Part shown: piece after piece, positions 13,127-26,200 of the stretch
Layout of the letters: each line of letters starts with the position of its first letter
Numbering within the stretch: position 1 is the stretch's first letter
DNA from: Protoeuglena noctilucae
Taxonomy: Eukaryota
Direction: 5' to 3'
DNA: 64,000 bases
Assembly: GCA_958009085.1 (NCBI GenBank)
Contig: OY253671.1
Location: 372,001-436,000, forward strand
Notes under the pieces: model-generated
Database searches by the model: none
What the model saw: the letters and a program-made list of their open reading frames with translations, nothing else
Told to the model about the DNA's origin: nothing
Position numbers and translations under genes: made by a program

Positions 13127-16100
13127 ATGGCGCTATATGCTCGGGAGTACCAGCAGGGGACCTTCTTCGAGGTCCTCTCGGCCCAGGTGGGGGAAGTGTT
13201 TTTATGGAAGCGCCCGAGTTGGGCCTCAGGGCTGGAGCGGACGCGCTTTGATCAGCAAAGTCGTTACTGAGGGCGAGCGCGCGCATCGACCTGGAAGGGC
13301 CGGCCCACGGCGCCCTCGCGGGCGTGGGGAGTTGCGTTGCGTGCCTCCCCGTCCCACCCCAAGCTCCTCTGCGCTTCCTGGTCCGCACATCGCTTGCCGC
13401 ATCGGCATGTACATGCGCGGCGGATCGTTGCTCGGCTCGCAAGCGGGCGGCTCACGGTGAAGGATGCCTGTCCCGTTTCGTCCCAGGGCTCCAACCCGCT
13501 GAGCAACTGGAAGCTCTCCAGCCCCAAGCACATCCGGAAGATTTATGACAAGATCACGCGAGGATACGTGTTCGACTTGGGCGTCGGGACGCAGCCGTGC
13601 CGGATGCAGCTCCCCAACGACAAGGTCCGCGCGGTTGCCCCTCGCCTGCGCCCGTTCGCCGGCGAACGCGTGCGTCCCTAGTCGCGATGCCCTTATGCCA
13701 AGCTCTTGCCGCTCCCCACACCCGAGGATCTCCCGCCCGGCCGCAGTTCAAGTCGGTGGGCCTGGTGCAGCCCTTCCTCGTGCTCCAGGTCTTCATCTCC
13801 ACGCACGACAGCTTCAGCGTGGAGATCCACCTGACTGACCGGGGGGGCGGCAAGCGCCGCGTCATCCTGAGCACCTCCTACACGCGCGTCACGCGGACGA
13901 GCCTCCACACGCAGCTGCCCCTGTCCGCGCCCGTGCGGGACTGCTGGGCCAACCTGTGTCTCGACCTGCCCAACCTCACGGCGGGGTGCTTCCCGCGCGA
14001 GGAGTTCCGCGCCGTCGACGCTATCACCCTCTCCGCCCAGGGGCGCCTACGCAAGGTCTTCACCCTCCGCTCGCCCCCGCTCGACACGTCCGCCAACGCG
14101 CGATCCGCGCCCGGCACCCTCCCCGTGCCCGCCGCGGTCGACTTCCCGGCCTCGTGCTCCTGCCAGACGCAAATCATCTCCATGGCTGACATGGAGGTCG
14201 GATCCCCGCCTGCCAGGTGCGCGGCGCAGGCCTGCCCTGCCCAGCAGGGCTCCGCCGCCGGCGCCGCTGGGAGGATCAGACGGCTGCATTTGCGGCGACC
14301 GCGGTCCCGCCGCGTGATTGCAGGAACAGCAGCAGCGCCGGGCAGACCGGGTCTCGCCCCGAGGTATCGGACGACGCGGCCCTCGCGTCTCTGCCCTCGG
14401 CGCGGCGCAAGGGCAACGCGGACATGGTCGTCGCCTTCGGATCGCGCTTCCCCGCGGCGCTGTCCCCGGCCGTCAAGACGAGGCCCCGCCGCAGCAGCAG
14501 CACCAGCGCGCAGATGGCTGGAGCGCCCGCCGGGCTGGGGCCCCTCGACCTGGGCCCGCCCCCGCCGCCAGGCTTCGACAGTATCACGCCGCGCGACGAC
14601 GCGGCCGGCCTCTCCACCACGCTCACTGCCGTTGGCCTCCTCAGCTCTTCACCCGGCGTCCTGCACCAAAACAGCCCCGCCAAGGTACCTACTGACGCCC
14701 TATCCTCGACTCCGCACTCCATTCGTATCGCCTTGTTCGCCGACCCGGGCCTCTGCGCCGTCGGCACCCTGAAGCAACACCTGAGGCCCTGCTCCGCGTC
14801 TTGGCCGCAGACCCAGATGCTCAGCAAGGGCAATCTGCCGGCTCTGCCCCCCTCCGGCTCCCTGGGCGCCACTCCCTCCAAGTACCCCCGCGACGCGTCG
14901 AGTGCGGCCGGGGTCATTGATGGCAATGGCCATTTGGAGGCCCTCAGGCGGTCCCGGGACGCAGCGCCACCTAAGCTGCACCAGCGCCGGCCCAACCGGC
15001 TCCTCCCGCTGGACATGCGCGCGATCCGGGACACGGGCGAGGACGCGGCGGGGGCGCCCGCGGCCGCCGTCGCGCACACGGGCACCTCCCCGTCCGACCC
15101 CTCCACCGGGGGCCACGTCACGCCAGCCAGCACCGCCGGAACGCAGACGCCGACGCCGACGCTGGGCGGCCCGCACGCCGCGGCCGGCTTTGCGGGCTCT
15201 GCTGCCCTGAGCCTGCGGCGCGAGGCGGGTCGCGCGCGGGCGGCCCGCGACGGCCCCATCTCCCGCTCCGCCTCCGCCAGCAGCAGCCAGGACGAGATGG
15301 CCTTCGTGCCCGTCGCGGCCGGCGTCGGCGAGGGCCGCAACAGGGGAGGCGCGCAGCTGCTGGGGTCCAGCCCTGGGACCGCGGGGCGCTTCCGGATGGG
15401 CCTGCCGCCCCGCCCTGCGGACGGCGCGGCTGCGCCCGGCGGCGACCGGCGGCGGCCCCTGCGCGCCGGCAGCTTCAAGCTGTCCATGCTGCCGAGGACG
15501 GACCCGCCGGACGCCGCGCCGGCCGAGCGGGCCGCCGTGTCGGGCGTGGAGGTGGGGACGGGGCTGGCGGATCTCTCGAATGCGCCGGGGTCCCGGGCGC
15601 CCCGGCGGCGGCAGACCGCGGCAGGTGACAATCCGGTTGGCGCGCCCCTTTACGAGGTGGCGGCAGATCCCCGGGCCTGCGGGGCACCCCTCGCCATCGC
15701 CCACGCCCTCGCCCCCGCGGGACCCGTCGACGTCAGCGCTTCGCTGGACCCGCGCGCGATGGACTCCGTGGACCTCGGCGTCCGCGTCGCGGGCCAGCCG
15801 CAGCGCGTCGCCACACACCGGCGCGGCCCATCGGACCCCGTGGTTGCGTCGCTCGCCGCATCCCTGGCGACGCCCCGGGAGGTGGAGGAGGAAGGGGACG
15901 GGTTCGCGCGGGGGAGCTCGCTGCGGCCGCTGTACCAGGGCCTCGGGAACGTGGGCGTGGAGTCGCCCGTGGGCCCGGCGGCGTGGGCGGGCGTGGGGGC
16001 CCGGTCCGGGGTGGCTATGGGGGCGTCGCCTCGGTACGGCGTTCGCGCGGCGGCGCCGACTGCGGACGGCGCGGCGCGGGACCTGAGGTCGGAGTCGGAG

Positions 16101-18970
16101 GGCGGGACTGGAAGCGAGGATGGCAGGGTGCAGGGGGCAGAGGACCGGGACGGCGGCGCACGGCCAGGGTTCCCCGAGTGGGCCGTGCAGGGCATGCCGG
16201 CGCCTGTGTCGCCGAACGCCCGGAGCCGCCGCCACTCGCGCAAGGCGTCCCGGGGAGGCGACGGGTCCGGCCATGCGTCCATCATTGTGGGGTCTTACGG
16301 CGCGTCCCCAGCCAGCAAGGGCCCTGCATCCAGGTGCGGTTGGCAAAGACCACGCGCACCGCAGTCCACGCTGGCGACATCGTCCTCGCTGATAGCGAGG
16401 ATGTCCCTGGCATCACTGGCTTGGGCTGTGTTGGTGCATAGTGGCTGTGCGCCAGCATATGAAGCTAACCGCACCCGGGGGCGAGACCTAACGTTACTCG
16501 TTCGCACGCAGGTCGCGGATCAACACATCGGAACACGGCCGCCGCCGGAGCCTCGAGGTCATACCGATGACGGCGGCGAGGGCAGCAGGCGCCCTGAGCG
16601 GGACCCCCGCACCAGCAGATGGCGGTCTGGCCGTCGTGGGTCGACAGAGCGTCATCAGCTTTCAGGCGCCTTCGGGACCGGCCGGCGGGGCGTCGTGGGG
16701 CCCTGTATCCGGGCCAGAGGGCACGGCTGGCCCGCCAAGCCCCTTTGGCAGCCCTCCCTCGGAGCTGCACCTTGCGGCCTCCCCTCCCTCTCGCCCCAGC
16801 GCCGCCCCGGTGGCGCGTTCTGGCGCTCATCCTGCCGGGAGTGGGCACGCGGCTACCCTCGGTGCCAGCAACAGGGGCCGGTCCGTGGCCTCGCGCCCTT
16901 CCCCAGCGTCAGTGGCGGCTGCCGTGGCCGCGCAGCTGGTCACACCGCACCGCCACGAGGCGCCGCAGAGCGGGGGCGCTGGGAGGGCGGAGAAGGGGCC
17001 TGTCGATGCGGCGGGTGCCGGGGACCGTGGGGGCATGGACCGGTGGGGGTCTGGCAAGTCGCAGGAGAGGGTTCTGGAGAGGTGGGGGAGTTCGGGGAAG
17101 GCGAGCGGGGTCTTGGCGGGGGCCGCACGGGACGAGGGCGACCAGGGGACGCCGATGGGAAGAGTGGCGCAGCGCGTCGGGGGCGTCGGGAGCGCCGTTT
17201 CTGACGCGGGCGACTCGAGGGGCCCGAGCGCTCTGGGGATGCGGGAGGAGGTGAGCGTTCGGCGATTCTCCGAGGAGGGGACGGCGTCGACGCACGCGGG
17301 GCCATGGCAGGCCCTGGACGTTGAGGTCGTGGGGCAGGGGGTGGGTGGCCCTGGGGTGGGTGCCCCTCGCCCGCCCCTGGCGGCGCTCCTGGGCCCGGCC
17401 GTGTTCGGGAGCCCGGTGCGGGGCTCGCTGTCCGTGCACGGATCGCTGCACGGCTCGGTGCACGCGTCACAGTCAGGAGTGGCCTGGGGCGAGGAGGGCG
17501 CGAGGGGCGACGGGGCCAGCCGGCGCAGTGCGTCGGACGCATGGCACAACGACGCGGGGCACGCGGTGGGGACGAGGCGCCCGGCGGCCGGGGCGAGCAA
17601 CCTGGGTGCGCCTGTGGTGCAGCGGCGAGAGGCGGGTCGTGTGGCCCAGGGAGGGGCCGACACAGACGGCGACGACGTGGCTGTTTCGAGCACCTCGCAA
17701 GGGCACCCGTCGCAGGAGCGGCGCTACGGCCCCAGCGACGACGACCTGTGGATGGTGCGCGGGTCTGAGGAGGGCTCCGGGCGGCAGCTGGCAGCTGAGG
17801 CGTCGGGGGTTGCGGTGTCCCGGGCGGGCGCGGGAGCGGCTGGGTTCGGGCGTGGCGACCCGCTGGCGTCGGCGAGGGGGGCGGAGGACTCGCAGCGACG
17901 CGACAGTGTGGGGCTGCAGGGGCCCCAGCGTGGCGGCCCCAGCCCGGAGCCGTCTCCTGCCTATGTGCGGCGAAACGACACGTACGAGCGCGTTCGGCAG
18001 TTCGTACAGGCCAAGCACCCGTCGCCAGGGGTCCCTGCCGCCCCTGCCACCCCGCCCCGACAGTCGGCGGCCCGCCCCACACAGCCATCGACACAGGTGA
18101 GGCTCACACATGCTCGGCCGCGTGTTTGCTGACGCACCCGCGACCTCCCCGCATCATCCGCGGGTCGTGCAGCCCCACGACGTGCAGCCCATCTCGCCTT
18201 CTCCGCCCACCATCCGCAGCCTCGCGCCTTGGGCCCGTCCTCCTCAACGCCCCCCCGGCACTCGCGGCTGGCCCCGCCCGGGCCGTCCGCTTCCGAGCTT
18301 CATCCCCACGGCGCGCCCCACGCGGCCCCTGCTGCCCGGCCTGACACCCAAGACAGCCACGAGGACCTGCGCTCCCTGGGGTCTCTGGCGTCCGAGCCTC
18401 GGAACGGCGGCACTCCGTCAGGCGCGTGTTTGCATCGCGGACTCTGCAATGTCGCGTCCATGCGGGCTGGCGCGCTCCGAATGACCCAAGCAGGGCTGCG
18501 AAGATGCCGCAAAGCGATGGTTGCGCCTGAAGGGCCGCTTTCTGCCGTGTGCTGCAGCGACGTGGGCGCGGTGGGAGTCGGTGGCCAACAGCGGCTACGC
18601 GCTCTCCGGAGAGCCTTCCCGCGGCCAGCTGTCCGACTGGGACCAGGAGATTGGGTCTCTGATGCTGGGCTCTCGCATCTTCACGCCCCCAGTGGTCCCG
18701 GCAAGCCGCGTCAACGCTGTGCGCCACAGAGGCTCCGAGGGAGAGGCGACAGGGCCTCAGGTGAGAGAAATGGGTCTTACAGCGTCTACAAGATGTCATT
18801 TGATCATGGTCAGGCGGGCAGGTCAACCCAACGCCGGCCCCTGTGCACCCTTCGCGCAGATTTTCCACAACACCACGGCCGGTGCCCCGGGCGTGGTTGA
18901 TTTGATCTATGATCCCATGCTCAACTGCTACTACGATGCTGCGACCAGCCAGTACTATGCGATCAAGTGA
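13127..18970 (+). CDS. CFAP20DC: CFAP20-domain (DUF667) protein, C3orf67/CFAP20DC-like, with a long low-complexity middle
   Basis: YQQGTFFEVLSAQ/GSNPLSNWK..KIYDK..LVQPFLVLQV..FSVEIHLTD..KRRVILS; C-terminal DLIYDPMLNCYYDAATSQYYAIK typical of C3orf67. Confidence 0.88.
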
Positions 18971-19137
18971 TTGTGACAGACTGGGTCATGCCTGACCCCC
19001 GTGCTCCCTGTGCACCATGGACATCGCCATGTCCATAGGCTCATTGCTCTGTTCAGACCACGCACCTTGGCACGCGAACCCTCTGTAACCTTTGAACCAA
19101 ACGAGTGCTTCAGGTTTTCCCTGCCTTCCTCGCCATC

Positions 19138-20071
19138 ATGTGGCGCCCTGCTGTGGTGAGCGGCGACACCACGGCCGTCATTCGCAATTCACTACCTGCC
19201 CCGCTGCGCTGCGATGGCTGGCAGCGTCCCGCTAGGCTGCCCGGCGGCACCCTTCTTCGAACGGAAAACCCATCCGCTGCGTCGCGACAGGGACTCATTT
19301 GGACTCTCGCGCTGCGAATGATTTATTTGTTGGAAAAAAAACACGTTCATATCACCAGCGCTCCGAATCTCTGCGCAGGCACTCGCCGCGGCCTGGCTGC
19401 TGGTGCCGGTCGTGGCGGCCGCCTCCTCGGACCTCGCCGAGCCGCAAGCGTGGGAGCGCGCGCCTCCAGCAAGCGGGATTAAAGTGCAGATCGACAGGCA
19501 CATGACTGGTGAGCTCGCGAGGCGGCCGGGGCGCGCAGACCCTCCCCAGGCCAGCGGTGAGGATCGTGACTCCGCCTGGCTGCAGACACAGCGGCGGAGG
19601 TTCTCGAAGCCTTCGGTCCGTCAGCCGCTCAGCAGCTGCCCCCAGGGGCCGTTGAGAGGCTTTCCGAGCGGCCTTCGACGACCCAGCCGGAACTCGGGCA
19701 GCTACCGTCCTTCCCAGCGCTGGTCGGGGTGCCTGCCGTGCAGGCTGCCGCAGCTGTCCAGGTGTGCAGCCGCTCGAGTTGCAACTGGACATCGCTGTGC
19801 TCGCGCATACGATCATGACTTGCTCGTTGGGTCCGCCGTGATGTGCGCAGAGCCAACTACCGCTGGCGCAAGTGGACATTGTGCAGAAAGACGATGCGCT
19901 GTCCATGGATTTGCGACCATCTAGGGTGCGCATTGTCGCCGACGCCAGCGGCACCGTGGTGGAGCCCCCCAAGCTCGGCCGCAAGGTGGGAGGCGGAATG
20001 CTGGCTTGTATGGAAGGATCACCTTTTGCCAAGCCTCGTCATCCTGCAACTCTTCCTGGTCGCAGATATGA
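19138..20071 (+). CDS. Secreted potato inhibitor I (I13) family serine protease inhibitor
   Basis: Spliced signal peptide MWRPAV|ALAAAWLLVPVVAA; domain SFPALVGVPAVQAAAAVQ|..VDIVQKDDALSMDLRPSRVRIVADASGTVVEPPKLG. Confidence 0.8.
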
Positions 20072-20252
20072 TCTAAACTCGTCAGGGCCTCCGGGACCCC
20101 CGGACCCCGCAATGACCCGTGCTCCGTGCGCGCGCCACTCTCGCCGCCCGCTCCTAGGCACCCCCCACCCACCGTCACTCGTGCTCGTGCCCTTAACACG
20201 TGCGTGCTTCAAAAGTTTCTTTGCTGATATGAACATGCGCATGTGCCCTCGC

Positions 20253-21201
20253 TCAGCTCGCGAGCTGCGACTTCTTGAAACGCCTGGCCCTCTGCTCCAG
20301 CGCCGCCGAGGGCGCCGCGCCCTGCTCCTTGAACCGCTTCGCCCTGTCCTGCATGGCTGCCGCGAGCTCCTCCTGCTGCTTGCGCTTCTCCGCGCTGGCG
20401 AGGACCGTGGACGTCGTCTTGCCGAACTTCTCCGCGCGTGCTTTGATGCGCGCCAGCTCCTCCTCCGAGACATCGCCCGTCGCCTTGCCCTTCGCGCCGG
20501 GGCCCTTCATCTCCTTGGCCACGTCTTCCAGCGACGACGTGCCGAAACGCAGCGCCCGCGCCTTCAGCTTGACTTCCACGGACGTCGGCGCTTCCACATT
20601 GAAGCGCTTCGCTCGGTTGACGAGCTTTTTCTCCACCTCCGAGAGCAGGCGCTGCAGACGGGGATAAGGGCCACGATGGCAGTAACTGTTCAGTCCTCCG
20701 AGGATGAGCCAGAGCAGGCGCTGTAAGCCGCGGAGAGAGCCCACGGAGGCGACTCCCAGGCTCTCTCGAGAATGAGCCAGCGCGCTCGACATCGCTCGGT
20801 AAGCAATCTTCACCTCCGTCTCTCCATTCTCCGCGGGGTCTTCGGCCCCATCGTTCGCCTCAGCGGCTTCGGCGCCCTCTCCCGCCTCGGCTGGCAGCTC
20901 CGCGTCCTCACCCTCGACCGCCTCCTCCTCCGCCTCCGCTTCGCCTTCCTGCTCTTCCTCCACCTCCCCGACCTCGTTCGCTTCCAAATATTCCCTGCGA
21001 TGGCGCGTGAAGCTTGCCGTCAACGCAGAAGTCGCTTTTCCTGACGCGCATGCGCAGCGATGCGTAGCGCGAGGTCGCTCACTTCAGTCGCGCCACCAGG
21101 TCCTCCTTCTTGCCAGATGCATCCAAACCTCTCTCCGTGCAGGCGTCCACGAGCTGCTGCTTGAGCATGCGCGGCAGCAAAGCCACGCTGAGCTCCGCCA
21201 T
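20253..21201 (-). CDS. SARNP: SAP-domain mRNA export factor, SARNP/Tho1/MOS11-like
   Basis: SAP motif MLKQQLVDACTERGLDASGKKEDLVARLK; repeated RAKRF/RALRFG/RAEKFG/RARRF motifs. Confidence 0.85.
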
Positions 21202-21559
21202 CGTCACCGACTCCTGCGATGGCAGGATCGCGGTCGCAATCACGCCTCAGGATCGTTCACAGCACGATCGCGTGGCGTTCCCGGGGTCATCGTCTGCCGT
21301 ACCTCTCCACTCCAACAAGCAGAACACTCCGGGGCCTGCTGCAGTGGGTCTCAATCACCACACGCAGCCTTCAGTGCTCCGCAACAACACAGCGAGGACT
21401 GGACCGCGCCTCTCGTCCCAGCAAGTACAACAATCAAGCGCGTCATGGGTCGACAGAAACGCCTGACTGGCTGGCAAAAGGCGGGGCTCCATTCCGCTGG
21501 GACCAATCGGCGTCATTTAGGAGGCGGCCTGGGCGCTGGAAGAGGCTGCTGCTCGACTC

Positions 21560-22033
21560 ATGCATCCCCCCCTGCACGAGGAGCGCCACCCGCACTGGTA
21601 GGTTGTGGAATGCGCGCTGAACGGCACCCGCATTGCTCGTGGCATCGAATGCTGCGTTTGGATCCTCTCGAAGTGGCCTCGCTGGCGCTGGCAACGCGCG
21701 TGCCACCACGTCCCTGCAGCGTGGACATTATTCGGGAATTCAAGCAGTGCCAGCAAGAGAACAAGTTTTTCCGGTATCTAGGGGCCTGCAACTCGCTTCA
21801 CGACCAGCTGAACCGCTGCCTCAAGGAGCAGGCGAGCTCCGCGGAAGGGAACACGTCCCAACTCATTTTGCAGGGCCGCCAGCGACGCGCGCCTGCGCAC
21901 GAGCCGCCCGCAGAAGAAGCTCAGGATCGAAAAGAATCGGGAGCGCGCGGCAGACCGAGAGCTGCGGAAGAAGGAGTTCGACCAGGCGCTGGAGGAGCTC
22001 GGGTCCAGCGTGCCACCGCCACCGCGGCCATAG
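21560..22033 (+). CDS. CMC2: COX assembly mitochondrial protein 2 (twin CX9C)
   Basis: Exons 21560-21597, 21720-21831 and 21914-22033 give MHPPLHEERHPHC VDIIREFKQC QQENKFFRYLGAC NSLHDQLNRC LKEQKKLR. Confidence 0.9.
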
Positions 22034-22040
22034 GCCTGGG

Positions 22041-22936
22041 ATGTGCGACGTGGCAAGCTCGCAGGATGCGGTCGTTGGTCCCCGGATCGCGCCCCTCGAC
22101 CGGGCGCCCCGGGTGCTGCTGGGTTTGTCAGGAAGCGTGGCATCCATCAAGTGGCGCGAGGTCGTCAAGGGGCTGCAAGCCGCAGGGTATGACGTCCGAG
22201 TGGTCGCCACCAAGGCAAGCGCCACGCACTCAGCGCATTGAATGCGCGGCCCGCGACGCCGGCACCTCTGCAAGCGCTGCACAACCACGCATCGTGCCTC
22301 ATGTGTGCCCAGGCGGCCATGCACTTTGTGGAAGTAACGGGGGGGCTGGGCGACTCGGGAGTCGAACGCATTTACCAAGATGACGAGGAGTGGCGCGAGT
22401 GGCGGGCCAAAGGGGACGACGTGTTGCACATTGAGCTCCGTCGATGGGCGGATGCTTTGGTCATCGCCCCTCTGAGGTGACACGTGCAGCGCCAAGCCAA
22501 GAGCCGCATGGAAGCAGGTCAGGCAGGCGCCGATGAGCTCCGGGAGCGACGGCAGAGTTGGACCGGGCATCACTGCCACAGCATCCATGTGCGAGGTCGC
22601 GAGCGAGCCTTGCCCCGCCCCTGCAGCGCCAACACGCTGGCAAAGATGGCGTCGGGGATGTGCGACAACCTCTTGACGAGCGTCGTGCGCGCGTGGGACT
22701 TCGCCAAGCCTCTCCTTGTTTGTCCTGCGATGAACACGCTCATGTGGGAGTCGCCATTCACGGCCAAACACCTCGCGGAGCTGCGCGCCCTGGGCGTCAC
22801 CGTCGTCGGCCCGATCTCCAAAACCCTCGCCTGCGGAGACACGGGGTCAGGGGCCATGTCGGAGCCCGCAGACGTCGTGGCTGCCACACTGGCCGCCGTC
22901 AGCCAGACCGCCCCTGGCCAGGGCATACCCGTGTGA
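22041..22936 (+). CDS. PPCDC: Phosphopantothenoylcysteine decarboxylase (HAL3/CoaC flavoprotein)
   Basis: RVLLGLSGSVASIK; VLHIELRRWADALVIAPLSANTLAK..GMCDNLLT; PAMNTLMW; KTLACGDTGSGAM. Confidence 0.95.
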
Positions 22937-23299
22937 TGAGCCATGCCTGTTTGCCTGTTCCGCTTATGCCTGTTTCATTTCTATTGCTACAATAATCGTT
23001 GTCTATTTGCTTGGAAGCACGTATGTCCACTTCTGGCTGCCTCATGTTTTGCATCAGCGGGCAGGCGCCCCTAGATGTAGCTCTGCCGGTGCTCTTCAAC
23101 CCTGGTATGCTCGTCCGCTTGCGAACGAGATGGGTGCCACTAGTCATACAACAGGCCTTAACCACAGGCCCCTGCGCGCACTGTGCGGCAGTCAAAGGGA
23201 GAACAGCCCGCAGCTCACGCGGACTGGGATCCGCCGCATCACGGTGCTGTGCGCAGCGATGCAGGCTATCATATCACGGTAAGTGCAAAGGAGGGCGCA

Positions 23300-26200
23300 T
23301 CACGGGACCTGGACCACGAAACCAACCGTCGACAGCTGCGGCATCTGCCGGCCGGGCGCCACTGCGCCGTCCTCGGCCCATGATGACGACTCGTGCACAC
23401 CGCCCCCAGCGTTGAACTTGGTCCTCGCGCGCAGGTACTCCGTGTCGCCCCGGGCCACCTCCACTTCTTTGGACAGGACCCGCACCACGTCCTCGAGCTC
23501 TGCAGGGAACACATACAGAGACACAGGGACTCAGATGTCACTGTGATGCATGCCCTAGCCAGTGTCGCATGACCCGCACCAGCGATACGTGCCCTGCCCA
23601 GCCACAACCACGGCGAATAGATCACGCTACCCAAACATAGTACCCCACGCACCTCTGACTCGGGCCTCGAGCTGCCCGCTCCTCTTGGCCGCGTCCCGTT
23701 GCGCCTTGCGTGCCTCGGCCACTTGCTCCTTGGAGGCCCGAGTCACCGAGAGCAGCTCCTCCGACAGCGCCGCCATCTTGGCCGCGTGCTCCTTGTCGCG
23801 CTTCTCACCCTGGCGCACCAGCCCGCGGCTCCGCTTCTGCTCCTCGCGAAGCTGCAAGCCACAGAGCGGGGCTGCCAAATTAGGCGGTGTTCACTCTCTT
23901 GCGAAAGCCCATTGTTTCATGATGGTCACTTCATTGACAATCACTGCCCAGCCCTTCCTGTCCCGCTTCACCCGCCCGCGCTGCTACTCCAACCACGTGT
24001 TCTTGTCCATGCCCGCTCCGTGTTCTGCCTCACCTCTGCCTCGACCTTCTCTCGCAGGAAGGCCGCATGGCGCGTGTCCCTCTCCGCCCGCTCGGCCCGG
24101 TCGTTGGCGTCTTGGATCTGCACCATGACGCTGTCGGCCGGTACGCGCCTCCGCAGCTCCGCATTGGCGTTCCGCAGCGCAGCGACCTCCTCCTCCAGCT
24201 CCCTGGCGTGATCCTTGTAGATGTCCGCCGCCAGCCCGCCCGCCGCCACCGAATCCTGCGGCGCGAGGGCATGGCAGCAGAGGTCAAGCACTCACTGACT
24301 TGCGTGGACACTGACTCGCAACAACAACCTCAAGCATGCCGCACGCCACGGTGGTGGGCTGGGTAAATACCATGTTTACCCACTCAAACCTCTGGGTCGC
24401 TCGCATTCACTGAAACTCTTTCCACCTTCTGCGACCCTCACGCCATCCCCACGTCTCATATCTCTCACCTGGACGGACCCCAGCTTCTCTGTCACCTCTG
24501 AACACTCACCTGGACAGACCCCAGCTTCTCTGTCGCTTCCCGTGCCTCCCTCGTCGCCACCAGGGCCGCGTTCTTCTCCTTTGCGAGACGCTTCTCCAAT
24601 TGCTCGAGACGCAGCTCGGCCTCCATGGCACGCTGCTCCACCAATTTGAACTGCGGGCAGGGAAGCTTTGCCTTTTGCTCGTGACGGTGAGGGCAGCTGT
24701 GACGCTTAGCTTGTCACACTGCAACATGGGCGTGTACGGAGTGGTGACCGAGCAACGGGATGCATTGGGAGCTAAAGATGGGTGTACGTGGGGCGCTGTC
24801 TGCAGCCGCTGCGTCGTGGTCACACTGACCTGTGCTGGCATAAACCAGGACGTCTGGATGGCACGCAGCTTGTCGACCATGTCCTGATACTCCTTCTCTG
24901 TGTGAACAAAAGAATGAGAAAATATCAAGGTTCTCTGAAATCACCATTGCTGAGCTGCGTGGCACCATGGGTACATCTAAAGCATTGGCATGAACAGGCA
25001 CCACGCCGCCCTCTCGCATGGCAATGCAGGCTCGCCATGAATGGTGGGCGCCCCCCTCACCTGCGTCCTTGTGGCTCGCCCGCTCCCTCCGCAGCATCTC
25101 CTCCGCCTGCGCCAGTCTCTCCGCCAGATCCTGTTTCATCTCGTCCGACGTGCCCCACCGTGCCTCCGCGGCCGCCAGCCTCGCACGCAGCTTCAGGACG
25201 TCAGCGCGCATGACCTGTGTTTGAGCAACGCATACCAACGTATACCAATTCACTCCATCAGGATCATCTGTGATCGTCTGCTGCAGCTCGCTGGTATGAT
25301 ACGGGGTCCAGCCTGGCAGACACGACCGCCGCTGTGCCATCGCAACGCACCCCAGCTCTCATGTCTCACCTGAGTGTCCGCGAACTGCCGGAGCTTGGCG
25401 ATGGACTCTCCGTCGGCCCCCATGACCCCATTTCCGAGGTCGAAAGGGAGCAGGGCACCGTCCCCAGGGCGAACGCGAGCGGGCGACGAGGGACCCTCAC
25501 GCACCCCCGCCAATCCCCAGGCACCTCCCATGGCTCCCATGGTCGGCGACGCGGGGACGGCAGCGCTGTGCGGGCGCGTCCGCACCGCTGGTGGCCCGCG
25601 GATCATCCCCTTGGAATCCCCCGCGCGGGAGTCGGCGTCACCGCCCCATCGGTCCATCGCCCCAAACCCGACGGTCGGGGCGGGGGTGGCCGTGGGCCGT
25701 GGCGAGGTGCCCTGCGCGTCCTGCTGGCCCTCCCGCGTGGCCTGGAGTCGCTGCAGGAACGCCACGGGGTCCTCGAAGGGATTCTCATCCTCCGTGATCT
25801 CGAAACCATACGACGACTGCGGGGCACCCAGCGAGACACAGAGATGGTCGCATCAGAGATGGTCACGCCATGGTGCTAGAGGCACTCGCCCAGCTCAGGC
25901 GTAATGCGCAAGGCCGTTGTATGAGAGCAAGAGCGCTCGGCAGGCTAGGCACGTGTGAGCGGGATGGATGCCGCAGTGACAGCAAATAGCACTGCAAGCA
26001 TGCTCACGATGACGGTGGTGTCCAGCAACGGCGTGGTCCCGATGGGCTCCACGCCCCGTCCGCCGTGGCCCAGGGCCCCTCCCCACTTGGCGTTCCTCAG
26101 CTGGTCTTCGAGTTGCGCCACACGGCGCAGCAGCCTCGCGTTGTGGTCCGCCACCCGGTCCACCATCAGGCTCAGGTACTTGACGCGGCCCTTGCCTTGC

